Shown here: positions 1-12,510 of the stretch, in pieces
Layout: each line of letters begins with the position of its first letter
Numbering within the stretch: the first letter of the stretch is position 1
Source of the DNA: Squalus acanthias
Taxonomy: Eukaryota
Length of the DNA: 64,000 nt
Direction: 5' to 3'
NCBI GenBank assembly: GCA_030390025.1
Contig: CM059433.1
Location: forward strand, 21,702,001 to 21,766,000
Notes under the pieces: model-generated
The model's database searches: none
Told to the model about the DNA's origin: nothing
The model's input: the letters and a program-made list of their open reading frames with translations, nothing else
Program-made: the position numbers and the translations under genes

Positions 1-406
1 TTGGGGGTTGTCAGCCAATCTCGGGGTGTGTAAAGTGGTTTGCTTGTTGGGCCTGGAGGAAACATTCTTGCTCCTTGTGGCCCACAAGCAGTGCTGTCAT
101 TGCAGTTACCTCATGGATCCGGCCCTTCACGCCTCCTTTTACCGACTGGGATTCCCCAGCCCCAGGAAACCCCGCACAGACATCTCGGTTAAAAATAAAA
201 ATCCTGTTAAAATGGAGGCACGCTGCCTCCTTAAAAGATTTTACTGATGGACCCGCCTCCTGAGAGTGGATTGGTCGCCCGCCCCCGACCCACCTCCATT
301 AAAACTGGAAGTTGGAGGTGGGTTGGAGTCGGGTTTGAGATTTAAGTTATTTTTACCTCTCACCCACCCCCAACCCACCCGTCCTTGGGGGTTAAAATTA
401 CCCCCC
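1..406. mobile_element. Right part of a Harbinger-type MITE
   Basis: Ends in ggggttaaaattacccccc followed by taa. Internal ggaagt/cccgcc segments resemble the 16092 and 26700 elements. Confidence 0.55.
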
Positions 407-574
407 TAAGATTCTTATTTTATTTTCACTGGCATTTCCCACATATGATTTACAAAAAACAGACTATGGCCCGGCATTTCTCTGCAGCCAGTCCCACTCC
501 TCCATCATAATTTTGCTGAAAGAGCAGTGGATAGCCCCTTTACACCGGGTCTTTGTCACAGCAGTCCATATTGG

Positions 575-1720
575 TATGCTCCATCTCACCCTCAGTAAGC
601 TCCCTGCTGGAGTGGAGCTAATCTACAGAACAAACGGGAAACTGTTCAACCTCCGTCGCCTCCAGTCCAGATCCAAGGTCGTCCCATCCCCTGTCATCGA
701 ATTACAGTATGCAGACGACGCTTGCGTCTGCGCACACTCTGAGGCCGAACTCCAAACCATCGTCAACACCTTCACCGAAGCGTACGAGAGCATGGGCCTT
801 ACACTAAACATCCGTAAGATAAAGGTCCTCTACCAACCTGCCCTCGCCACACAGTACTGCTCCCTAATTATCAAAATCTATGACGAGGCCTTGGACAATG
901 TGGACCACTTTTCATACCTCGGGAGCCTACTGTCAACAAGGGCAGACGTCGATGACGAAGTCCAACACCGCCTTCAGTGTGCCAGTGCACCCTTCGGTCG
1001 CCTGAGGAAGAGAGTGTTTGAAGACCAGGACCTCAAACCCGGCACCAAGCTCATGGTCTACAGAGCAGTAGTAATACCCGCCCTCCTGTATGCCTCAGAG
1101 ACATGGACCATGTACAGCAGGCTCCTCAAAGCACTGGAGCGGTACCACCAATGCTGCCTCTGCAAGATCCTGCAAATCCATTGGCAGGATAGGTGCACCA
1201 ACATCAGTGTTCTCGCTCAGGCCAACATCCCCAGCATCGAAGCTTTGACCACGCTCGATCAGCTCTGATGGACGGGCCACATCATCTGCATGCCCGATAC
1301 GAGACTCCCAAAACAAGCGCTCTACTCGGAGCTTCGACACGGCAAGAGAGCCCCAGGTAGGCAGAGGAAACGCTTCAAGGACACCCTCAAAGCCTCCTTG
1401 AAAAAGTGCAACATCGCCACCGACTACTGGGAATCCCTGGCCCAAGACTGCACAAAGTGGAGGAGAAGCATCCGGGAAGGCACCGAACACCTCGAGTCTC
1501 TTCGGCGGGAGCAAGCGGAAGCCAAGCGCAAACAGCGGAAGGAGCGCACGTCAACCCAAGCACCCCACCCACCCGCCCCTTCAACCACCGTCTGCCCCAC
1601 CTGTGACAGAGACCGTAGGTCCCGCATTGGACTCATCAGTCACCTGAGAACTCATTTTTAGTGTGGAAGCAAGTCATCCTTGGTTCAGAGAGACTGCCTA
1701 AGAAGAAGAAAAGAAGAAGA
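575..1720 (+). mobile_element. 5'-truncated RTE-clade LINE (RT C-terminus plus Zn-finger-like tail)
   Basis: ORFs 513-1268 and 1290-1661 are in one frame and contain LQYADD, FSYLGS, QL*WTGH (CGA>TGA stop) and CPTC...HLRTH. 3' tail is (GAA)n at about 1700-1720. Confidence 0.92.
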
Positions 1721-1951
1721 CCCACTGATAGAGCTGGCTGTAACCTCATTGGGAGATTTCTAGTCAGTGTTCAGCATATATTATGTCCCTGAAATTCCGT
1801 GAGGTTCTCCCAGTCTCCCACTGTAACTGCGGCAGGTGATCAGCAGAAGTCCCAGAGAAAAGGAATAAATGGCTGTATTCCACTGGTCTCCTGCCAAAGA
1901 CACAGCAGAATTTCCAAGCCTATGTGTATCACAATGTTGGTCATGGGTCTA

Positions 1952-2208
1952 TGTTAGACATACTTTTGTACTCGAAGTACCTACTGAAGTAAGAAAACTA
2001 CTAGGCACTTGGTCTGAGTATTAAACAAGGCTTTATACAACTGTTTTTTAACATGGAGATCTAGTTGTGTCCTTCACTAGTTCCTGTTGAGGAATGTCCT
2101 AAGCAAGCTGGGCCCATGCCTGAGTATTTATACTCTCTCTGGACAGCGCCACCAGCAGGCCACCCAGTATTACTTCATACATGAATGACAAGATTCATGT
2201 CACCTACA
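1952..2208 (-). mobile_element. Possible solo LTR
   Basis: TGT...ACA termini; flanks gtcta/ctcta resemble a 5-bp TSD with one mismatch. TATA-like tataaata and polyA-like gtataaa occur on the minus strand. Confidence 0.4.
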
Positions 2209-2499
2209 CTCTAAGATGTTAGCTGCCCTGAGACTCTAAGATGTGAGGCTGGATGAATATTCTGGAGTTTGTTTCAGGGATCGGGAGTATTTCTGCAGGG
2301 CCTTTTTCTGGTGATTCAGCGGGTGTGACAGAGTCCATGATGATCAGATAGATTATCCATGGTCTAGGGAAGAAATGGGCTTTCTCTCATTCTGAGTTAT
2401 TTATTTTCTTAATAGAATAATTAAGCAGTGACCATTTGGTCTCATCCTCCCAAAATTAGAACCCTAATATCCAGTACCTTGGTCTCAGTTGCTATTCCT

Positions 2500-4200
2500 G
2501 GCAGCCCATACCAGCTGTTGATCACCCTCTGTATATCTGTTCTAAATATTCTCATCACAATACTGTACCTGTACCCTCTTGTCCTGCTGCATTAATGTAT
2601 CCTGAAAGTATTCATTTCAGTTTATTATTCCATTAAGTATCTTGCGTAACTCTTAAAAAGTCCCCTCTCAGATATCTCTCCAAGGCTGAAAAGCCCTAAC
2701 TATTTAAATTTGTTCTTGGCATGTGGGTGACGCTGGCAAGGCAGCATTTATTACACATCCCTAAATGCCCTTTAGAAGATGGTGATGGGGCTGCCTTATT
2801 GAAGCAATTATGCTAAAACCTGAGTGGCCTGCTAGTCCAGGGTATTAAGAGGCAACTGAAGTCATGTGTAGGCCAGTCAGGCAGGGGTCCTGCAGGACAT
2901 TAGGACCCAACTAGTTGGATTTTTAGGACAATCCAGCAGCTTTTATGGTCAACTTTTCTGATGCCAGCCCACAAATTACCAGATTTATTGAATTCAATTT
3001 GCGATGTGCCATGGTAGGATTTGAACCTCCAGGTTGCTAGCTGAGTACCCTAACCATACATAGCTCTTCTAGCAATGTAAATCAGCTTCATTGTTCTCCA
3101 CAATGACTGGATTGCATCCTTATGTTGCCGTGAACAGACTACATGTGGCCTGGCCAGAGAATTGTATTGTACAACTTCAGCATAACCTTTTTGAATTTGA
3201 ATTCAACTCATTTGCCAATATAACGCAGGACCTTATTTGCTTTGTTCCTTGTTGCCTCTAATTGTTCAGACATGGTGAGTGATGCACCTAGGTCTCTTTC
3301 AACTTCTCCTTGCCATTTACCGAATGCAGTTTTCTTGCTACTTTTTATTTTCAGTATGCAATATCTTACATTTATCCCTATTGAATTTTGTTACCTTATT
3401 CAGCTCTTTTTAAAATCCTGTTCACTCCTCTGAATTCACGGTTCCCCCTAGTTTTGTGTCATCTTGTGAATTTAACTACTGTGATTCCAGGTCCTTTATC
3501 TATACCAGGAGCAGGAGGGATCTCCGCACAGACATCTGGAGCACCCCACTCAATACTTCATCCCCGTGTGACCTAGCACTCCTTATGACTACCCTCTGAT
3601 TCCTCCCCTTTAGGAGGTTACGAATCCACATCTATATTTCACCCTTGGCAGCCACAGACCAGATGTTATAAAGAATTCTCTAATATAGTACTTTATCAAA
3701 GGCCTTTTGAACGTCAAGGTGCATGACGTCACAAGGGTTTGCACCATCAGATTGTGACATTACTCCTCAAAAAAACTCCCTGAGATTGGTCAAGCAAGAT
3801 CTACCCAGCCATGTTGACTGTTAGCTATTAGGTTATTTTCATACATTATTTTCAACCTATTTGGAACTTCTGTTTCACTAATGTCAAGAGCCACAGGGCT
3901 GTTGTGACACATGTTTGATGTTGGATGGATTATTTTTAGTCCCCTCCCTGGTTTAAAAAAAAAGATCTCGTCAAGTAGTGTGTTAACTATCTTGTGTTCG
4001 TCCTCATACTCGACTCTCTATGGTTCCCTCAGGGTTCTAACTTCTTGCCTGACTAGCCCTTTGCTGTTATAGGATTGGAAGATGTTTTTGCTTTGCTTTT
4101 TACACACTACTATGTCTCTTTCCAGTTTTATCTTTGCACTCCAGTTTCTTTTTGACTTGTCACTGTATAATCTTGTACTCATCCGGAGTAACATTGCTTA
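2500..4200 (-). mobile_element. Highly degraded CR1-like LINE, interrupted by a SINE
   Basis: Remnants resembling CR1 RT-region sequence, e.g. ctttatcaaaggccttttgaacgtcaagg and gttttgtgtcatcttgtgaattt. Confidence 0.5.
2718..3058 (-). mobile_element. tRNA-derived SINE, same family as 5468-5880, degraded
   Basis: The reverse complement shares the gggatg..aataaatgctg..cttgccagc..cacccacat tail and a ggttcaaatcc B-box-like head. Confidence 0.65.
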
Positions 4201-5467
4201 ACTTTGTCTTTGCTGCACTTTAGTATGTAGTATGACACTGACGGTGACAGTGGATTCCACTAAGCGTTTCATGTGTCTGAAAGACCAGTTGACCTCATTT
4301 GTAGCAGGCCTCCTCTGTGCAGTATACCTGAGGGAAGGTCCTGCTCATTTCTAACTGTGCAGATAACATTACATTTTACAGAGATAAAGGAAAAGAGGGT
4401 ACGATAACATTATTTTTAAAAATGCCATTGTTGATCTTGTCTAGCTCTGAATTTCCTTTACTTATTTTTTTTAATCTTCGTTTAATTAAAAACAAAGATA
4501 AAATAATTTTTAAAATGAAAATGTTGACTACTGAGGTTATAGCATGGCTGCAATCCCACATTTCATAGAGATGCATTTGGGTCTTTTATGGAAGGATTGG
4601 GTCTTTTATGGAAGGATTTTCCAGGCAGCTTTCAAAGCTTTGTGCGTACTTTCTTTCAAGCAGAATAATTAATAGCAGCATGGTTCTACTTTGTCACGCA
4701 CCGTCCTGCAGTGGTGGTTCAATTAAATACCATATTCATGTATTGTATTTATCATTTGATTCTGCCTTTAATGTGTAACTACAGTGTTACTGCCTAATCC
4801 ATCTCTTCAATGAACTGTGACAAATTTTTAAAAATACATACGTTACAAAGTGGGTGTGTGCTAAGCGTTTGATTGATTTTAAAAGTCTACATAGAAACAC
4901 TATAGTTTAGATGGCACGTTTCAAGTAGCAAAGATGTTTAAAGTAACAATTTCAAAATTGCTCCTTGTCATTTTCTTTTAAATCAGAAATTTAATTAATC
5001 TAACCAACAGACTAAGTTTGAAAAATAAATTATATGCACATAATGTGTCGGTGCAAAGGATAACCTTGAGGGGTCACAGCTACACAAAGAAAGTCTCCAT
5101 TGATGCATCCACTGCGCTGTCATAAATTCTCAGAGGTTCTATAAACCCGTCATAAACAGCTTTTCTGTAGTCTGGTGATGTGCACCTTCCAGTGTGGTGT
5201 GGATTACTAAGATTTAGTAAAACCACTCATTAGAATTCAAAACAGTTGAAGTGTAGCTGTAAATAGGGTTGGACCAATCACACTACATTTGGCTAGCTTA
5301 ATTATTTTTCAGCCATGGTAAATAATTTCATCACAGCTTTCTGTACTTCAGGAGGAATTGACTTAGTTTTGACAAGTCTGGGGTAAAACTCCATCCCTGT
5401 AGCAGTTTGATGCCAGACATTTGGTTGCTGAGGAATGTTTATACTGTAGCAGTTGTGTAAAATAAGG

Positions 5468-5880
5468 GGACGGTAGCATAGTGGTTATGTTACTGGACTA
5501 GTAATCCAGAGGCCTGGACTAATGAGATGTGAATTCAAATCCCACCGTGGCAGCTCGGGAATTTAAGTTCAATTAAATAAATCTGGAATAAAAAGCTAGT
5601 ATCAGTAATGGTGACCATGAACTATTGGATTGTCATAAAAACCCATCTGGTTCACTAATGTCCTTTAGGGAAGGAAATCTGTCGTCCTTACCCGGTCTGG
5701 CCTATATGTGACTCCAGACACAGCAATGTGGTTGACTCTTAACTGCCTTCTGAAATGGCCTAGCAAGTTACACGGTTCAAGAAGGCAGCTCACCACCACC
5801 TTCTCAAGGGCAACTAGGGATGGGCAATAAATGCTGGCCTTGCCAGCAACGCCCACATCCCATGAATGAATTTAAAAAAA
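5468..5880 (+). mobile_element. Full-length tRNA-derived SINE
   Basis: A box (tagcatagtgg) and B box (attcaaatccc). LINE-derived tail gttcaagaaggcagctcaccacc...aataaatgctggcc...atgaatgaat plus an A-run. Confidence 0.85.
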
Positions 5881-6102
5881 GTGTGAATTTCCGTTATGCA
5901 GTTTTCTTGTTTTAATTTTGACTTTGACTTTACATTGAATAGTTGCTGCATCAGTAATCAATGCCCGATCCCATTAGGAAGTCTGATAATTTTCACAAAA
6001 CTCTACTAGGTGACACTGACCCTCAATTGTTACAAATGTACACACAATAGTTCTGATAGAAAAAAGGTGTAGGTTACAGGTAGGATTATGGGAAAAGATA
6101 AC

Positions 6103-6503
6103 AGCCTAGATTTTGCTGTGAAAGTAGCAGTGAGACTAGCAGCACTCACCGTCATTTATGTGCAAATCAGACAGCAACTTCCGGCGAGCGGAGATGCGCA
6201 GTTAAGCGCAAAAAATCTGGAAGTTGCTGTTCGAGATGCGCCATTCCTCCATAATCTGTACGAAAATGACATCTCACCGTCTGGCTCCCCATTCAAATGT
6301 ATTGAACGGCATGAAGTTCCTGTCTGATATTGTAGATACGGACTAAACATGCCATAAGAAGTTACACTTGTCCATTCCAGTCCAAGTCCCTTTTAAAGGC
6401 GTGGTAATTCTTAATTCCTGCCAAACAACCTCTCTGGCACTGAACAGTAACTTTAGCAAGCCTGGAGTCTCATTCCTTCAGATTTTAATTATTGTTGGAG
6501 ATT
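6103..6503. mobile_element. One-ended MITE fragment abutting a Harbinger
   Basis: About 400 bp strongly similar to the reverse complement of 45465-45866, e.g. aaatcagacagcaact, ctgccaaacaacctctctggcactgaa and cagattttaattattgttggagat. Confidence 0.75.
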
Positions 6504-6990
6504 TGCCGGGAAATTGGACCCATTTGCGCCGGGCATTAAGGCAGGTTTGGAAGAAAAAATGGTGGCCGTCTCACTTCGACCTGCTTCTGGTGCCGGCAGC
6601 AATTTTGGGCAGGTTGGCAGCGCTGCCGTTGCCTACGCTCGTTGCAGATATGGAAATGAGGCAGATCATGACGTCAATGAATGTGCAATGCTGATTTGAC
6701 ACATGCTCTGCCATTTTGTACATCCTTTAAAGCCATCTTCAAATCACAAGCAGCTGAACATACGTTCAGCAGCAGGAAGGACCCCCCCCACCAGCAATAT
6801 TTCAAGGGATCATCAACAACTTGTAGCTGACTTGCTTTTTCATTTGTACTGGCTCTGTGTAAGTTTGTGCAACTGGTTGGAGCGTTCTACAGTTATTTAA
6901 AGTTGCTGAGGTGACAGGGAATGTTGCTGCAAGTGGGGAACGCCTTGATTCTCATTTAAAGGCTTCTGCTCACACCGCTTGCTCACAGTC

Positions 6991-8154
6991 ATGGGGGCTC
7001 TACTGGCAGTCGCCTCGCGCTCGAGTATCTTCGGGAGAGGGAGCGGAGGCAGCGAAGAAGAGAAGATGCGCAGAGAGGGAGGAGGAGGAAGGCCAGGAGG
7101 GCTCTCAACAAGAGGCCTCGCCCAATTAGAGTCTTCCGAGAGCACTTCTCCTATCCCCACTTAAACAAGAAGCAGTGTATTGGGAGGCTCTACTTCAGCA
7201 AGAAGGTGGTCACAGAACTCCACCACCTCCTGCAACCAGACCAGCAGCCTCAGAGCAGGGCGACCGTGGCTCTCCCAGTGGCCTTCAAGTTCACCGTGGC
7301 CCTCAATTTCTTCGCCAGCGGATCCTTCCAGTCTGCTGCAGGAGTCGTAGCTAACATCTCCCAGTTCGCCATCGATCGCTGCATCCGGGAGTCACAGAGA
7401 CTCTCTACACCAGGAGAAGGGACTTCATTGTCTTTTCTATGAACAGAGAGAAGCAGGACAGGCACGCATGTGGCTTTGCCAGGATAGCGGGCTTCCCTAT
7501 GGTGCAGGGCGCCATCGACTTTGCACACGTGGCTTTGCAGGCAACGTATACCAATCCTGAAATGTTCCGTAACTGCAAACGCTACCACTCACTTAATGTG
7601 CAGTTGTTGTGTTGCCACGCCCAGCGCGTCCTGATGGTTAATGCCCACCATCCTGGCAGCAGTCATCATGCCTTCATCCTGCATCAGTCCGGTGTGCCAG
7701 CAATTTTCCAGCCACCACACCAAACCTGAGGTGGCTACTCGGAGACAAGGGCTATCTGCTCTGCACCTAGCTGATGACTCCCCACCACTCATGGCCAGCA
7801 CTCATATAATGACAGCCATGCTGCTACCAGGAACATCATCGAGCAGACCATCGGGGCGCTCAAGCAATGGTTCTGCTGCCTTGACTGCTCGAAGGAGTCC
7901 TCCGGTACTCGCCGGAGCAGCTGTCCCATTTCATGGTGGTCTGGTGCATGCTTCACATCTTGGCCATTCTGAGGATGCAGCCCTTGCCAGCAAGGATTGC
8001 GGGACCACCTCAAGAGGAGGGAGAGGAGGAGGAAGAGGATGAGGAGAAGGAGGAGGAGGAGGAAGAGGAAGCGGAGGGAGGGAGGAGGCAGGCAGCAAAT
8101 CCCCGTTCCAGATGGACTGTCCGTGAATGCTTTGTCAGACTCCGATTCGAGTGA
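6991..8154 (+). pseudogene. Harbinger (HARBI1-like) DDE transposase, frameshifted
   Basis: Fragments in different frames: [56 protein letters not shown], an acidic tail and RECFVRLRFE*. Confidence 0.9.
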
Positions 8155-8321
8155 ATGAAAGCCCAGATCCCCGTTGCTCACCACTTCCCCATCATACCAT
8201 CGTTCTGTCACAGAACATCACAGCATCCTCCTGGTCACAAAGCTGAAATGAAAGCCAGCCGAAAACACACATTCCAAACAAAAATCATGAATTTATCCAA
8301 ATGCAATCAAAATGGCATTAT

Positions 8322-10238
8322 CTATTCACCCGTGTGCATTCCCTTAGTGCCTGTCTTCAGTGTGCCTTTACTTACTCTAGTGCTCCTACGCAGTGCTCCC
8401 CCAGTGGCTGCAGCATGACTGATGGAAGGCTGCTGACGTTCAGGGGAGGAGACTACAGATGGCCTTGTAGGATGACCTCGAGCAGCTGTGGACCTAGAAT
8501 GGCCCGGCTGTAGACTGCACCACCTCGGCATTGGGGGGTGGGAGACAGCAGTCTGGGCTGGCTGGCTGATAGGCAGTGGCAAGGGCAATGGCGGAGTGGC
8601 AGTGGTGGGAGTAGGAATGCTGTCATTCTGAGAGAGGACAGCAGGTTCGTGCTCCACAGACTCATTGCCACTCCACCAGGGCAGCGCCTCAGCATTCTTA
8701 GCAATCTTTAGGAGGACAGATTGCTGGCCTGCTGCAACACCCTGCAAGCCCCTTTCGACACTCTTAAACCTAGCGACAATGGCACCAGTCTGAGCTTGCG
8801 AGGCAGAAAGTCTGCGCTTCCACTGCAGCACTGAGATGTTGGGTCGCTTCCACCTGTGCTGCAATGGAAGCCGCGACATAGCCCATCACACGCAGCATCA
8901 TACTGAGTCCACAAGGTCTCTCCTGAAGTTGTCCATTATTTCCATCCTGGAAATCATGGGCTCCAAGCTCGACGCAAAGCTCCGTCCAATATTGGAGCTG
9001 GACTCCTCCATGTTCCTTGACACTGACAAGAGGCTCTCTGGCAGGCTTGCCATTGCACCAAGCATTTCGGTGTGCGTGCCCACCACCCTTTTCCTGAAGG
9101 CCGCCCCATCGAGGTCATCATCTGAGTCCTGTGCAGCAGAACTCATGCGCGAACTCACCCTCCGGGGAGCTGGCACCCGAGCGACCCTTTCTCCCTGGCC
9201 TGGTTGCAGCCCACTTGTGCCCGGTGACTCAACATGTGCAGATCCCTCCTCTATACTACCCTCTAAATTCCACACAGTGCCATTTTCTGAGCTGGTGTCT
9301 GCGAGTGCCAAATGCAGTGATGGTGTGTCATCGTCTTCTTCTTGTTCGTCTCCTTCAGTTTGCTCAACATGAGGGACAGGCTGGTTTGCAGGCATTTCTT
9401 GGGTATCTGAAAGCAGAAAGGCACAAGGGTTGTGTTGCGGTGAAGGGGGGGGGGAAGCAAGATATCCATGCATAAACTATCAGCAGCTTGTAAGTGAGAA
9501 GAGATTGTGGGATGAGGGGGTAGTGGGATGTGAGAAGAAAGATTAGGTATGACCATACCATCATCATCAACAACGGCTTTAACGTCTCCGCTGGCCACAG
9601 ACTCCATTACTGCCCCTCCAATAATTTCAAGCACGGATTCCTCCGGTCGGTCAGGTTCTCTATTGTGGCTTGGCCGCCTCCTATCTGCCGTCGCTCCCTC
9701 CTGTTATGTTCCACTTTTGTCTGCAAGGGAAGTGTGTCATTGAGTGTGGTGCAATGAGTTTGGGTGATGTGGCTGACATAGTTGAATAGCTGTCAGTGTG
9801 TGCAAGGCGTGAGATGTGGGTGTGAGTGTTGCAGCAGTGGTAAGGTTGTGAGGGTGAAGTGAAGCTATGATTGTGAGGTATGAGTGGTGAGAGTTAGAGA
9901 TTGTTGGTAGGTGAGTGATGGCGGTGTGGTGCATTGAGCAGTGTGTGAGGTTAGTGGTGCAGATGGTGGGATATGGTATTTTCTGAAGCATTCACTCACC
10001 TTGGCCTGCCATGCAAAATCATGAAACTTTTTTCAGCATGGATCCAGGTCCTTGGGCCCAAACTGGTGGCCATGACGGAGTCAACAATCTCCTCCCACAA
10101 CCTTCTGCAAATGGCCTTGGATGGCCTCTTGCTTCCCTGTGATTACAGGACAGCCCGCCTTCATTGCAATGCCAGGACCAAGGCCTCCAGTGTAGCATCT
10201 GAAAACCTTCTTGCTCGCTTCCTAAGTTGCTGTGCCAT
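8322..10238 (-). pseudogene. Harbinger Myb/SANT-like DNA-binding partner gene, three exons, disrupted
   Basis: Exon 1 10238-10000: MAQQLRKRARRFSDATLEALV..LWEEIVDSV..PRTWI.C.KKFHD, donor gtgagt. Exon 2 9720-9559: TKVEHNRRERRQIGGG, acceptor cccttgcag, donor gtatgg. Exon 3 from 9406: acceptor ctttcag, DTQEMP... Stops and frameshifts are present. Confidence 0.8.
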
Positions 10239-11559
10239 GGCTTGCTCTACAATCTCTGCTCTACTTGCTCTTCTGCAACAAAGCACCTCCCCTTTAAGTA
10301 GTGCAAAGAGCCTAGGCAAAACTGCCTGATATTGGCCCTCGTTCAGCGCTAAGCCAACCAGCAGCACGTTTAGCGCTGAGATCAGCGCTCCAATCATTAT
10401 AATGAGCACGCAACACAAATTTTGCATGCTGCCTGCACCACGTTGATCGGGTGCTGGCCCGTGATACCGCCCATTTTTGGGCCTTATCCAATTTCTAGGC
10501 CATATTTTCTCATGTTAACAGTTTAATGGCTTAGGGTATAAAGGCCATTGTATGCCTGACTGCACAGTTATCCTCATAAAGCCGCAAAATGTTTCTAACA
10601 TTTTAAATCCAAACTTTCTACGTGTATGTATGGAGGAAGTCCGGGGTCAGCAAAGAAAGCATTTGTAATTAGATTTATTTGTTCAACTTCTTTCTAAAAA
10701 AACACATTTAGAGCTGTGGAATCTCTTTGATGGAAGATACAGCACTCCTCTGATTTAGATGAGTGATCAAAGGAAGATGTTGATGAAGAACCTTGTCTTT
10801 GATATTTGTTTTGCTCCGAGTCGCTACAGATCTGGGTTAAGAGTTTTACAATGCCTGCAGTGATACTCTAATAAACAAGCCATATGCTGACCACAGCAAA
10901 AATCCTTAGTTCACTCATCTCAATGTTGCGCAGCAGAAAGCACAAAACCCTTTGAAGAACAGAATATCACAGATTGTGATATTTTTCAATAATGCACACT
11001 ATATATCCTGCTACTGTTGTAACACTGGTTGTTATGTATCTTCAGGCCTGAGGCCTGTCCTACTTTGTCAACCAAGTCATTTGTCCTCCAATGACTGAAC
11101 ATCATCACCAGAACACTACACCCCCACCCACTTTAAGTTGACATTTGACATAAAAGTAAAGAACTAAAAATGGTTGGCAGAGAAATAAAACATTAAAAAA
11201 AATCACAGGGCTCCGGAAATCTTCTTTCTTGTGTTTTACAGGATCTTTAGAATAGCTTGAAACACATATCTCACTGCCGCTCATCCGTTATTTCATATTT
11301 AACTTTTATTTCTTGAAGAACATCTATGATAATATGATTAGTTCAGTACATAGCTATTGGCAAAAGAGCTCTGTCTTTTCAGAGGTATTCTGTTAGATCT
11401 CTTTATACCATACCATTGTGCAATTTTCTGATCTCCTCCTCTCTTGGAGACATTAGTATAAAGGTTTCAATTGATAGCACTGCACATGGGCTTCCATGTG
11501 ATACCTTCTCTGTAGTGCTCAACCGTATAACTATCTAGTGAAAAACACGAGAATAATCT

Positions 11560-11705
11560 GGGTTTTTTAGTGGTGTTGGTTGAGGGATAAATATTGGCCA
11601 GGATACCGGGGGGAACTCCCTTGCTCTTCTTCGAAATAGCACCATGGGATCTTTTACGACCAACTGAGAGGGCAGGTTTAACGTCTCATCTGAAAGACAG
11701 ATGTT
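11560..11705 (-). mobile_element. Deu-domain SINE fragment
   Basis: ttggttgagggataaatattggccagga...atgggatcttttacg...tttaacgtctcatctgaaagac, matching the copy at 59540-59991. Confidence 0.75.
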
Positions 11706-11709
11706 TTCA

Positions 11710-12510
11710 AGCCTACTACACTCTTCATTGATTTCCCAATCTATCGCTGGTAAACTAAAGATATCCATAACACCTGATCTGTTCCTGTACATGCTTCCTT
11801 TATTTGACTCAAATATTCCTGGCCCAATCTCTCCACCTGACCTGGCGATCGATAACAGATGGAAATTGTTAGTTTCCTTTCCCTCATTCTTGCATCCCTA
11901 TTTGCTGGGTTTCCTTTCCACCTTATCAATGCCCAGACCAGAGAGGTTCATCTCCACTGGAACCAAATTCTATATTGCACAGAATGCTACACCCTCTCTC
12001 TGTTTGCCTCTTGTTTTTACAAAGTATTCCGTGTTCCTGTATACTTATCCAACCTGTGTCATTGTTGATCCAGGCCTCTTTGATGCCTATGATATCATAG
12101 CCTCCCTATCCAGCGAAGACCTCCAGCTCTTCCATTTTATTGCTAAGATAACTAGCATTCATATTATACAGCTTCGAGGCATCCATTTTACCCTCTCTGC
12201 AAGGAGATTGATCCCGGTCCCATTCAGATGAAGGTCACAGAATCTGTCCCAATATCCTAGGAATCTGAAACATTTCATTTGACATCATCTTTCTAGCTAC
12301 ATATTGACTGTCTAATCTGCTTCTCCCGAACTTGTCCAGCACATGGCATCCGGAGTACTTCCTATATTACCACTCTCAATGTCTTGCATTTTTGTCAAGG
12401 TCATTCTGCAAGCCCTTCCTCATAATCTTTCCTATGTCATTGTTTCCAATATGAAACACGATTTCTGGCTGGTTTTCCTCCCTTTTCAGAAGTTTTTCCA
12501 TTCCCCGTGC
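11710..12510 (-). mobile_element. CR1 LINE 5' region: ORF1 SGNH-esterase end plus ORF2 APE endonuclease start, degraded
   Basis: The minus strand reads DLHLNGTGINLLAER (DGLHLN-like) and then NASYLSNKMEELE...YDIIGIKEAWI (NARSL.NK..EL...DIIGITETW-like). Confidence 0.7.

Larger units (their letters stand above)
6504..10501 (+). mobile_element. PIF/Harbinger DNA transposon with two convergent genes, decayed
   Basis: Imperfect TIRs tgccgggaaattgga and (rc) ggcctagaaattgga. Contains a HARBI1-like transposase on + and a Myb/SANT-like gene on -. Confidence 0.88.

Noticed and set aside
490..575. 5'-inverted segment or TSD of the RTE insertion
   Set aside because: The reverse complement does not convincingly match the RTE GVKQG region and no TSD is visible; more likely a small host MITE remnant.
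4578..4618. 20-bp direct duplication gggtcttttatggaaggatt x2
   Set aside because: A simple local tandem duplication with no sign of function.
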